From Bdellovibrio sp. (GTDB taxonomy: Bacteria; Bdellovibrionota; Bdellovibrionia; Bdellovibrionales; Bdellovibrionaceae), in assembly GCA_046318155.1 (NCBI GenBank), contig JBKCUU010000111.1:1-28852 (forward strand): a stretch of 28,852 nt of DNA. Direction: 5' to 3'. The notes below the pieces were generated by a model. The model was given only the letters and a program-made list of their open reading frames with translations, searched no databases and was not told the origin of the DNA. Below are positions 1 through 8,283 of this stretch, piece by piece (the stretch's first letter is position 1; each line of letters begins with the position of its first letter). A program made the position numbers and the translations under genes.

Positions 1-535
1 GTAATTTTTTGATCACGTCAAAGAACACCACTTTCATGCCGATGGCCTCGGCCAAGACACTGACTTGGCTGCCAATATGGCCATAACCGACGATGCCGAC
101 AGTTTTACCGCGAACTTCGCGCGAGCCATCGGCCGACTTCATCCAACCGCCCTGATGCGCCAGCGTGTTGCGATCTCCAAGTTGCCGTGAAAGCACAATC
201 ATCTCGGCAATGACCAGCTCGGCCACGCTGCGAGTATTGGAGTGAGGCGCATTAAAAACCGGAATGCCATATTGATTGGCGGCAATCAAATCAACTTGGT
301 TGGTGCCAATACAAAAACAACCCACGCCCATCAAGTTGGGATTACAGGCCAGAGCTCTGGCGCTGATTTCGGTTTTAGACCGAAGGCCGATGACCTCGTA
401 ATTGGGTAAAAGCTCGCAGAGTTCCTTTTCGTCCGGGGCATGCACCAGGCGGGTGACGACAGCGCCCAGCCCCTGAAGAATCGTTTGCGCAACGGGGTGA
501 ATACTTTCGACCAGAAGAATCCGTGTGTTTTGCAT
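1..535 (-). CDS. serA: D-3-phosphoglycerate dehydrogenase, N-terminal part (runs off the window start; absent from the ORF track)
   Basis: Manual translation from ATG at 535: MQNTRILLVESIHPVA...IGLRSKT...GCFCIGTNQVDL...GIPVFNAPHSNTRSVAELVIAE...EVRGKTVGIVGYGHIGSQV. These are SerA motifs plus the Rossmann GxGxxG. Confidence 0.95.
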   Translation of the reverse strand, partial: MQNTRILLVESIHPVAQTILQGLGAVVTRLVHAPDEKELCELLPNYEVIGLRSKTEISARALACNPNLMGVGCFCIGTNQVDLIAANQYGIPVFNAPHSNTRSVAELVIAEMIVLSRQLGDRNTLAHQGGWMKSADGSREVRGKTVGIVGYGHIGSQVSVLAEAIGMKVVFFDVIKKL

Positions 536-644
536 GGGCCCAGTCTGACACAAGTGCCAACAGAACTCATGAAGCATTGCGATGGGACGCCCTGCAATAA
601 CCCTCGATTTTCTCCGCGGAAACGATGATTCTTTTCACTTGAAG

Positions 645-2000
645 ATGAACTCTACTTTTTCGCTCCTCTTAGTTGATGACGACAGGTTGATAGCAGACTC
701 CTTACGTCTGCTGCTCAAGAAGTCGCCATGGACCCTCACGGTGGTCACCAATGAAGCGTCGGTTCCGACCGAGGGCAGCTTTCATGCCGCGTTTGTTGAT
801 CTGCACCTGACCCCTGACACGAGCAAGGCCGAAGGCACCGGGGTGATGGCAGGTTTGAAAGAGCGCTTTCCGCGCACCGAGATCATTGCGATCTCGGGTG
901 ATCTCAGCCTCGAGCTGATGGAAAAGTGCCTTGCTCATGGCGCGAAAAAATTTTTAGCAAAACCTTTGATGCCTGATGAAGTGATGGCGACGCTTGAAAA
1001 AGTCGAAGCGCTGTGGCGCTTGCGCGAAATTGAACACCGTCCTAGTCCAGATCGCGCTCAGTGGATTGGCCGATCAAAAACTAGCGATCATCTCAAGTCT
1101 CAAATCGCGCAACTCGTGGGCGAAAAAGGTCCCATTCTGATCGAGGGCGAAACCGGCACGGGAAAAGAAGTGGTCTCGCGGCTTTTGCATCAACAAGACC
1201 CGGCGCGGCCCTTTATTCCGGTCAATATCAGCGCGATCCCCGAGACCTTGTTTGAGTCTGAACTCTTTGGTCACGTGAAAGGCGCTTTCACGGGCGCGGA
1301 TCAAATGAAAGTGGGCCTCGCCGAAGCGGCCAATGGTGGCGATCTGTTTTTAGACGAGATCGAAGCTTTGCCACTCGCTCAGCAGGTCAAGCTCTTGCGC
1401 TTTCTCGAGAGCGGTGAGGTTCGCAAAGTGGGCGGTAAAGAGACCACCCGGCCGCACGTGCGCGTGATCGCGGCTTCCAACCAAAATTTAGAGACCCTCG
1501 CAAAAGAGGGTAAATTTCGCGAAGATTTGTTGTTTCGTCTTAAAGCTAAAAAACTTTTACTGCCGCCACTACGTGACCGCCTTGATGATCTCGAAGATCT
1601 GGCAAAATACTTTTTGGCGCACGAGCGTCCGCGCTCAAATAAAATGTTTACAGCTGATGCCTTTGCGCTCTTGAAAACATACCGCTGGCCCGGCAACGTG
1701 CGCGAACTTAAACGCGTGTGTGAGCAACTGGCTTTGACCAGTCCCTTGCCGATGATCCGTCCCGAAGATGTGCAAAAGATTTTGTTCGTCGACGGAGACA
1801 GCTCGGGAGCGGCGAAGACCGCGTTTAACTTAAAAGATGGCAAAGGCCTGCAAGAAAAGCTCGATGCCTTTGAAGCTGAATTGATTCAGTTCGCTCTGAA
1901 TGAAATTCGCGATATTGACCGCACGACTGAAACGCTCAAAATGTCGCGAAGTGGGCTGTACAAAAAAATTAAAGACTATGGACTTGAGGTGCCCTCATGA
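645..2000 (+). CDS. Sigma-54-dependent response regulator (NtrC/AtoC family: receiver, AAA+, Fis-type HTH)
   Basis: Receiver LLVDDD...VDLHL...KP; Walker A GETGTGKE; ESELFGHVKGAFTGA; LFLDEI; FREDLLFRL; WPGNVREL; C-terminal HTH (MSRSGLYKKIKDYGL). Start placed at in-frame ATG 645; the ORF track starts at 582. Confidence 0.95.
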   Translation: MNSTFSLLLVDDDRLIADSLRLLLKKSPWTLTVVTNEASVPTEGSFHAAFVDLHLTPDTSKAEGTGVMAGLKERFPRTEIIAISGDLSLELMEKCLAHGAKKFLAKPLMPDEVMATLEKVEALWRLREIEHRPSPDRAQWIGRSKTSDHLKSQIAQLVGEKGPILIEGETGTGKEVVSRLLHQQDPARPFIPVNISAIPETLFESELFGHVKGAFTGADQMKVGLAEAANGGDLFLDEIEALPLAQQVKLLRFLESGEVRKVGGKETTRPHVRVIAASNQNLETLAKEGKFREDLLFRLKAKKLLLPPLRDRLDDLEDLAKYFLAHERPRSNKMFTADAFALLKTYRWPGNVRELKRVCEQLALTSPLPMIRPEDVQKILFVDGDSSGAAKTAFNLKDGKGLQEKLDAFEAELIQFALNEIRDIDRTTETLKMSRSGLYKKIKDYGLEVPS

Positions 2001-2917
2001 ATGGAGCTTGGAGTTCGCCCATTTACCGAGAAACCGCCCTGATTGTTTTGTCGTTTATTTTTATCTCGGGACTCATCGTCTATTTCTTGCGCAAGAAGAA
2101 CCATTATTTTGTGGTGTCGTGGGCGTCGATCAAGAGCTGGCTGTTTGTGGCGCCGATCTTGTTTGGGCTTTTGGGTTTGCCTGAGCCTTGGCCTTTGGTG
2201 GTCTTGACGTGCTTGGCCCTACTTGGGGCGAAGATCTTTTTTCAGCTCATGGGGATGTACCACCGCAGCTACTTTGTGATGATCTGCTACGCTGGGATTA
2301 TCGCCTTAGGCGCCTGCGTGTGGTTGAACCGCTTGGACTTGTACAACCTAGTGCCGATGGTGGTGCTGGGTGTGAGTTTGTTTGTGCCACTTGTCCGCAA
2401 TAACTACAAGCGCATGATTCAGTACCTCTCGCTGACCAATTTGGCCTTCGTCTTATTGGGTTGGTCGTTCATGCATTTGGGTTTGATCTTGCGGTTTCCC
2501 AACGGAATTTACGAGCTCATGTACCTGATCATCTTGACCGAGTTTTGCGATAACACCAATTTAGCGATCTCGCGCTACTTTAACCGCTGGAAGCTCTTTG
2601 ACCGCATCGATACCAAGCGCTCGCTCGAAAGCACATTGATCGCGGCGGCCTTTACGATTGCGCTGGCCTTTGCGATGCGCCACTTGCTCCCCGACCGCTC
2701 GCAAGTGTACTGGCTGACGTCGGGCTTGGTCGCGGCGATTGGCGGGTTGTTTGGTGATTTGGTCATGACCGTGATCCGCCGAGATGCGGGGATCAAGATT
2801 GTGGGCGCGTTTATCTTGGGCCGCGGTGATTTCTTGCACCGGGTGGATCGATTGATTTTTGTCGCGCCGTTTTATTACTACATCATGGATTACCTGCACT
2901 CGGTCCATTACCTGTGA
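1997..2917 (+). CDS. Phosphatidate cytidylyltransferase-like (CdsA/YnbB-like) polytopic membrane protein with a divergent signature
   Basis: Many TM segments; LTEFCD and GGLFGDLVMTVIRRDAGIK...FLHRVDRLIF align by eye to the CTP_transf_1 C-terminal region. ATGA overlap with the upstream regulator. Confidence 0.8.
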   Translation: MNGAWSSPIYRETALIVLSFIFISGLIVYFLRKKNHYFVVSWASIKSWLFVAPILFGLLGLPEPWPLVVLTCLALLGAKIFFQLMGMYHRSYFVMICYAGIIALGACVWLNRLDLYNLVPMVVLGVSLFVPLVRNNYKRMIQYLSLTNLAFVLLGWSFMHLGLILRFPNGIYELMYLIILTEFCDNTNLAISRYFNRWKLFDRIDTKRSLESTLIAAAFTIALAFAMRHLLPDRSQVYWLTSGLVAAIGGLFGDLVMTVIRRDAGIKIVGAFILGRGDFLHRVDRLIFVAPFYYYIMDYLHSVHYL

Positions 2918-2924
2918 GAACCGC

Positions 2925-3779
2925 ATGAAAGATTGGGATTACGAAAACGAACAATGGACCAGGCTTCCGGATCACCTGAAACATTTGCCGCTTTTTACGC
3001 GGCACCTTGATTTGTTTTCGATGGCGGTCCGTGCCGTGTGGGCGGTGATTCTGAAGGTTTTCTTTTTCAGATTTTATATTTACCTTAAAGTTGAGGGCGA
3101 CTACGGCCCGGTGTACAAAAATTATCCGCGGCTTTTGATTATCTCAAACCACGCTTCGCACTTAGATGCGGTGTCGATTGCGGCCAGCATCCCGACGCAG
3201 TACTGGATCAACTTGTACATCGCGGCGGCTAAAGATTATTTCTTTACGAACCCGGTGTTTACGTTTTTTTCCCAACACTGTTTGGGCGCGATCCCGATCG
3301 ATCGCAAAGACAAACGCGGCGAAGCGATCCGTTTAATCACCACATTACTGAGTGAACTGCCGCGCATGTGGCTGATCTTGTTCCCTGAAGGAACGCGCAG
3401 CAAAGACGGCAAAATTCATGACTTCAAACGAGGCGTCGCCATCTTTGCTGAGCGCACGCAGACTCCCATTTTGTTTTTGTACCTCGAGGGCAATGGCGCT
3501 TTGTGGCCCAAGGGCGCACCTTTCGCAAGACCGGGCAAGCTTGTGATCCATGTGGGCCCCGTCAAGCAACCAGCCCCGATCGAAGAAATCTACGCCGACT
3601 ATAAGCAATGGGTCGTCGGCATTAACCCGCACGCCTTCGATGACGCCGAAAACGCCGATTGGAAGCCTTATGTGCCACAAGAACTCAGCACTCAAAGCGA
3701 GTTCGAAGAGGACCGCGAGGCAGAGACAGATCAAGACCGCGAAGACCCCCCAGACCTCGACGGCATCCAAAAAATGTAG
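2925..3779 (+). CDS. Lysophospholipid / 1-acyl-sn-glycerol-3-phosphate acyltransferase (PlsC family)
   Basis: HxxxxD motif NHASHLD, PIDR and FPEGTRS motifs; acidic C-terminal tail. Start at ATG 2925 (MKDWD). Confidence 0.92.
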   Translation: MKDWDYENEQWTRLPDHLKHLPLFTRHLDLFSMAVRAVWAVILKVFFFRFYIYLKVEGDYGPVYKNYPRLLIISNHASHLDAVSIAASIPTQYWINLYIAAAKDYFFTNPVFTFFSQHCLGAIPIDRKDKRGEAIRLITTLLSELPRMWLILFPEGTRSKDGKIHDFKRGVAIFAERTQTPILFLYLEGNGALWPKGAPFARPGKLVIHVGPVKQPAPIEEIYADYKQWVVGINPHAFDDAENADWKPYVPQELSTQSEFEEDREAETDQDREDPPDLDGIQKM

Positions 3780-3849
3780 CTGCTACATGGTGTGGAGGCG
3801 CAGCATTAGGCGCTTGGGTGTGGTAGAGTCTATTCTGGAGTGGAGGCGC

Positions 3850-4740
3850 ATGAACATTCAAAAGACGAAGCTTAAAATTGGCGATTATGAAGTTTGTCCC
3901 GTTCCAACAGGGATTTTTGCTTTGGATGGCGGTGCGATGTTCGGCACCGTCCCCAAAGTACTCTGGGAAAAAACCAATCCGCCGGATGAGAAGAACCGCA
4001 TTCCCATGGAAGCGCGCGCGCTCCTACTCAAATCTCCGACGCACAAAATTTTAATCGATTGCGGAAACGGCGCGGACTTTGTGGCCAAGTATGGTGATAA
4101 GGTCGGTGGTAAGTTTGCCGAGATTTATGCCGTCAAAGAGGGCGGCCCCACGCTTTTAAAGTCATTGGCGGCGCATGGGCTTCGACCCGAGGACATGACC
4201 CATGTTATTCTGACCCATTTGCACTTCGATCACTGCGGTGGTGCCACGACTGAAAGAAATGATGAGATTGTACCGACCTTTCCGAACGCAACCTATTACG
4301 TTCAAAAAGCCAACTATGAGACCGCCTCAAAACCCAACATACGCGAAAAGGCCAGTTACCTCGCTCCTAACTTTGAACCCTTGCTTCAAGCAGGCGTGCT
4401 TGAGATTTTAGACGGCGATGTTCAAGATTTGCTTCCCGGCATTTCGGTGCACGTTTCGAATGGGCATACCAAAGGTCAACAAGTGGTCAAAGTCACTGGC
4501 GGCGGCCAGACTCTTTTGTATTGCGGAGATGTCATCCCGACCAGTTCGCACGTAAGGCTTCCATGGGTCATGGGGTATGATCTTGAACCCTTAAAACTCA
4601 TCGAAGAGAAAGCGACATTCTTAGACCCCGCATCTGCAGGCAATTGGTATTTGTACTTTGAGCATGACCCGTACTGCGATGCCGCGACAGTCGTGAAGCA
4701 AGGTCCTGACTACGTGGTCAAAGACCGCTTTCATCTTTAG
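3850..4740 (+). CDS. MBL-fold metallo-hydrolase (YtnP / AHL-lactonase-like)
   Basis: ALDGGAMFGTVPKVLW, THLHFDHCGG, GHT, GDVIP, WVMGYD and FEHDP motifs; GGAGG RBS before ATG 3850. Confidence 0.93.
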   Translation: MNIQKTKLKIGDYEVCPVPTGIFALDGGAMFGTVPKVLWEKTNPPDEKNRIPMEARALLLKSPTHKILIDCGNGADFVAKYGDKVGGKFAEIYAVKEGGPTLLKSLAAHGLRPEDMTHVILTHLHFDHCGGATTERNDEIVPTFPNATYYVQKANYETASKPNIREKASYLAPNFEPLLQAGVLEILDGDVQDLLPGISVHVSNGHTKGQQVVKVTGGGQTLLYCGDVIPTSSHVRLPWVMGYDLEPLKLIEEKATFLDPASAGNWYLYFEHDPYCDAATVVKQGPDYVVKDRFHL

Positions 4741-4957
4741 TTTTCACGGCGACGACCACTGTCGGGCGCAAGCTTTCGCCAAGGTCATCCCTCACGCCGC
4801 GAGTGTTGACGAAGTCGGCGCGGCCAAAAAATGCCGTGAAAGACATCGACGAGATGAGCCGGGTAGACCTGAGTGCCTTGAGTCCTAATCCGACGAAGGA
4901 TTTGTCTAAAAACTCAACGTTAGCGGCGCGTTAGCTGACCAAAAGCTTCGTGTATTT

Positions 4958-4987
4958 TTGACGGTGACCCCATGAACTTGCTATTGA
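4958..4987 (+). promoter_or_regulatory. Possible sigma-70 promoter for tRNA-Arg
   Basis: TTGACG (4958-4963), 18-nt spacer, weak -10 TATTGA preceded by TG, 12 nt before the tRNA. Confidence 0.35.
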
Positions 4988-4999
4988 TCAGAGATCAGT

Positions 5000-5076
5000 G
5001 GTCCCGTAGCTCAGCTGGATAGAGCAACTGCCTTCTAAGCAGTAGGTCCCTCGTTCGAGTCGAGGCGGGATCGCCA
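5000..5076 (+). tRNA. tRNA-Arg (anticodon TCT)
   Basis: Acceptor stem GGTCCCG/CGGGATC, D arm TAGCTCAGCTGGATAGAGC, anticodon arm ACTGC-CTTCTAA-GCAGT, T loop GTTCGAGT, encoded CCA. Confidence 0.98.
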
Positions 5077-5100
5077 AACTTACCAATATCCAAACGATAG

Positions 5101-5121
5101 TCACCTCCGCTACGGAGGTGA
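5101..5121 (+). terminator. Hairpin downstream of the tRNA (possible terminator)
   Basis: TCACCTCCG-CTA-CGGAGGTGA perfect 9-bp stem; no U-tract on the + strand. Confidence 0.45.
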
Positions 5122-5292
5122 AATAAGAAATCCCAACTTTAGTTTTGGAGGGACCGGTGCGATCAGCCAACCCTAAGATCTACTTGAACATTCCATCATT
5201 TCCATCATTTTCCCAAGGGACGTAAGGGGCGTCCCTTGTCAATTTTGTCAACAGCCCGGGGCCCGCCAGCTCCCCAATACCCCTTCCCATGC

Positions 5293-5308
5293 TGGAATAG
5301 CTTTAGCA
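5293..5308 (+). promoter_or_regulatory. Putative sigma-54 (-24/-12) promoter
   Basis: TGGAAT-AGCTT-TAGCA with exact GG-N10-GC spacing, about 50 nt upstream of ATG 5359. Confidence 0.4.
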
Positions 5309-5358
5309 GATGAGCTGTCAAACTGCGCATTTGCCAAGGCCGCCGAAGGAGTCCGATC

Positions 5359-6204
5359 ATGTTTAAACTCAAGCCCGCACTGACGGCCCTCGTCCTGACC
5401 ACCCTGTCGACCGTTGCCCTGGCTCAGTCGACTCCGGGCCCCTACCACAGCTACAAATTGCAATTTTCAAATGACGAGCAGTACACGATGAATGCCGATC
5501 TCTATACGATCGTGAGCCACGTCGATAGCGGCTGGGATCAAGAGCGGGTCTCATTTGCGGGATCAAAGCGTTTGGTCAACTTTTCGAAAGACAAAGTCAT
5601 CACGCGTTTTGGCTTTATCAGCAGTTACGGCGGCGGCGATCAAGGCTTTAGCCAAGACGAGATGACCTTCGTTGCGGACTCAGTTGCAGGCTCACACAAA
5701 CTCTCGTTCAGCCAGCCCAAAGGTTTTTACATCGCGGGCGGCAACTTGACTCTTTGCCTTTGCGAAGTTTTACGCGACCTGATCCATGGAACCGAGAAGG
5801 CTTCAACCGCGCAAACCCAAAACTTTTTCTTGGTCTCCGACGCGATTTATGATGACGTCAGTTATTTTCCACCCGAGCTGACCCGCACTTCGAATGGCGC
5901 AAAATTTAATCTGCTCCAGCTTGAACAAACGACCGGACTCACAGACGCCATCCTGACGGATTACATTCAAACGCGTGTGGTCGGCAAAAGAGGTCTTTTC
6001 TGCGAAGGGCAAAATTACTTTCAGCACGCCAACATCAATCCCGCAAATTTGACCTTTGAGCTTTACCGGGGCGCACGCCAGATCGCAAAGATCGGCCAAA
6101 AGGGCCGAGTAATCAAATTGATTTTGGCGCCGGCTGCCCAATTAGATGAAGTCAGCAAAGCCTTTGGCCTGGATAAATACTACCCCGTTTTTGAGGCGCC
6201 CTAA
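5359..6204 (+). CDS. Secreted hypothetical protein
   Basis: 281-aa ORF, AAGGAG RBS, Sec signal peptide MFKLKPALTALVLTTLSTVALA|Q; no recognised domain. Confidence 0.8.
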   Translation: MFKLKPALTALVLTTLSTVALAQSTPGPYHSYKLQFSNDEQYTMNADLYTIVSHVDSGWDQERVSFAGSKRLVNFSKDKVITRFGFISSYGGGDQGFSQDEMTFVADSVAGSHKLSFSQPKGFYIAGGNLTLCLCEVLRDLIHGTEKASTAQTQNFFLVSDAIYDDVSYFPPELTRTSNGAKFNLLQLEQTTGLTDAILTDYIQTRVVGKRGLFCEGQNYFQHANINPANLTFELYRGARQIAKIGQKGRVIKLILAPAAQLDEVSKAFGLDKYYPVFEAP

Positions 6205-6240
6205 CTTCACTTGATTCAGACTTCAAACAAACAGCCAGGC

Positions 6241-7356
6241 TCAGGGCCCGGAGGTTTTCTCATGGCAGAGGGGAAACGCGTTCACGAGTCGCAAAAACCG
6301 CTCGAATCGGCGCTCGCCCGCTTTTTTGTAATCGTCATCAAGATAAGAGGGATGAAACTTGAGTTCTTGGGCCTCTTGCACCCAACTGGCTCGGCGCTGC
6401 TGAACCAATTCGCCCAGGCACTGACGCCCGAGCTCTGACTTCATCCGGTTATCACGCAAAGGTGCCCAGTAGCGCGAAAATCCGCGCCAAGGCCCCGCGG
6501 CGTCTGCCGTGAGATCGACCGTGATCGCCTGATCTCGCTTCATCATTTGGCTCATCATTCGAACGGCGCAGCCCATGTTTTTGCGCCAATCAAACAAGTC
6601 ATCTTGAGTTTGAATCATCGTGCAGCCGTACTTACGATCACGAGATGAAACAATCGAGAGCTGCATCACGCCCGTGCTAAACACATGCTCGCGCGCTGAC
6701 GAGAGCTGCGTCTCGTACAAAATCGTGGCGATGTCATATGAACTTTCGTGCTCGGCCAAAACCGAGATGAACCGCGCCCAAAATGCCAGGCGCTGATCTT
6801 GATCGAGTTTGGCGTAGCGAGGGCAGTACCATCTGATGTCTTGAGGAACCGTCTCGAGCAAGGCTTGGCCGTCGGCTCGCAAGGTCTGAACTAAAAAAGC
6901 CGTCCACGTTTTGGGATGACTCAACTTTTTCCAGGGATATCCGTGCCACAACGGAAGGGTCGCCGACGAAACTTTACCGGCCAAGGCCTCATCAAACATC
7001 AGCAGGCCGGTCGTGTTGGGTTCTTCTCCTTCCACAGGAAGATTTGCCGGCGGCAATGGGTTGGGTGGCCGCGACGGCGTCGGAGAAGGCTTCGGTGTCG
7101 GCGCAGGTGTCGGTGCAGGCGTCGAGGTTGGTGTGGGTGTTGCCGGCGGCCTTGGTGTGGGAACAGGTGTGGGCGTAAAGACGGGCCGAGGCGGCGGCGT
7201 GGGGACCGGCGTCGGAACTGGTGTGGGCGTTGGCGTTGGCAAACAAGCTGGATTTGTTGGCTTCGGCAGCACAATTGGAGGACGCGAATGAGCAACCAGG
7301 GCGGCGCCCAAAACCACCACCAAAAGACTTGCGACCTTGTAAAAAGACGACTTCAT
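6241..7356 (-). CDS. Secreted lytic transglycosylase (SLT / lysozyme-like) protein with a Pro/Thr-rich linker
   Basis: Signal peptide, (PT)n stalk, then SVLAEHESSY (catalytic E-S), STGVMQLS (GLMQ-like) and DLFDWRKNMGCAVRMM (LxDPxxN-like). Confidence 0.75.
   Translation of the reverse strand: MKSSFYKVASLLVVVLGAALVAHSRPPIVLPKPTNPACLPTPTPTPVPTPVPTPPPRPVFTPTPVPTPRPPATPTPTSTPAPTPAPTPKPSPTPSRPPNPLPPANLPVEGEEPNTTGLLMFDEALAGKVSSATLPLWHGYPWKKLSHPKTWTAFLVQTLRADGQALLETVPQDIRWYCPRYAKLDQDQRLAFWARFISVLAEHESSYDIATILYETQLSSAREHVFSTGVMQLSIVSSRDRKYGCTMIQTQDDLFDWRKNMGCAVRMMSQMMKRDQAITVDLTADAAGPWRGFSRYWAPLRDNRMKSELGRQCLGELVQQRRASWVQEAQELKFHPSYLDDDYKKAGERRFERFLRLVNAFPLCHEKTSGP
7050..7240 (-). repeat. Low-complexity Pro-Thr coding repeats
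   Basis: Encodes PTPTPTPVPTPVPTPPP...PTPAPTPAPTPKPSPTPS. Confidence 0.8.
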
Positions 7357-7518
7357 TCGCACCTACCCAATCGGTCTGCTATCCAAAGTCAGTGCCGAGC
7401 GAAGGTTAACCCATTGCTTGGCGCGGCCCCTCGCTTGAAGAAAAAACCAGGACGTCCAAGCTTTTGACAGCACCAAGGGCCCATGCCATCCTTTTGAAAT
7501 CAACAGAGGAGACCTCTC

Positions 7519-7851
7519 GTGCATTTCAAAACTTTGGTTCAATCGCTCTTAACAATCTCGGCGTCGATAACTGTTCTGAGCTGCGCGTCCCCCAGCAAAG
7601 ACTCTCGCACTCCTGCTTCGGATAAGCCCAGCGAAGTTCATTGCACCATGGCCGCACAAACTTTGATCAACGATTGGTTTAAAGGCCAGATGGTTGTCGG
7701 GTGCGAAGCAAAAAAAGTAACTTACAAAGAACCCTATATGATCGAAGATCATGCCTGCTCAGTGGCGGGAACGGGGATGAACACCACGCTGAGCGTGCGC
7801 ATGAAATTTGATCCCATCACTCGCGAGTGCTTAGCGATTTCGAATCGCTAA
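7519..7851 (+). CDS. Small Cys-containing lipoprotein
   Basis: GAGGA RBS, GTG start, lipobox VLSC, RTPAS motif, four further cysteines. Confidence 0.75.
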   Translation: MHFKTLVQSLLTISASITVLSCASPSKDSRTPASDKPSEVHCTMAAQTLINDWFKGQMVVGCEAKKVTYKEPYMIEDHACSVAGTGMNTTLSVRMKFDPITRECLAISNR

Positions 7852-7866
7852 GACCCGGGCCGCTCT

Positions 7867-8283
7867 GTGGTCGGTTTTTTCTCGTTCTTTTCATTTTTGT
7901 TTCCCGCCTGGAAGTTCTTTAGCCAAACTGGAACCGTATTTCGAATCGAAGCACGGTGGGAAAACGGTCCTCCCGACTGGCAGCAAGTCTTCAGACCAGA
8001 GGAACTCCCCTTTAAATTCTGGTCGTTTTTATATGATGAGCCCAGGCTCAGTCATCTCTTGGCCTACTCATTGGTCGAACGCTTGGCCCAGCAACCCGAC
8101 AAAACAGAGTCGCCCTCTCTCCAACTCTTGATCGAACTGATTGGCGCGGTCACGAGAGTTCGCGTTCAAGACCCCTCTTGGATTCAGGTTCGTCTTTGGA
8201 CGAAAAATCCACTTCAAGGTCAGACCAGCGAGGCGCTTTATTTTGAATCCGATAAAATCACCAGGACTGGTGATGTCACATGA
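7867..8283 (+). CDS. Hypothetical protein, SdpA/DUF5819-like partner of the HTTM protein
   Basis: N-terminal LFPAWKFFS (PxWxFF-type) motif; ATGA overlap with the downstream HTTM gene. Confidence 0.6.
   Translation: MVGFFSFFSFLFPAWKFFSQTGTVFRIEARWENGPPDWQQVFRPEELPFKFWSFLYDEPRLSHLLAYSLVERLAQQPDKTESPSLQLLIELIGAVTRVRVQDPSWIQVRLWTKNPLQGQTSEALYFESDKITRTGDVT

Noticed and set aside
3792..3850. Direct repeat GTGGAGGCGCA at 3792-3802 and 3840-3850
   Set aside because: Only two 11-nt copies, the second being the RBS/start of the MBL gene; no array or mobile-element context.
5191..5210. Tandem TTCCATCAT duplication
   Set aside because: Two short copies only; likely slippage.
6916..7467. Arg/Gly-rich alternative ORFs over the Pro/Thr linker
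   Set aside because: Shadow frames of low-complexity coding sequence, not CRISPR or independent genes.
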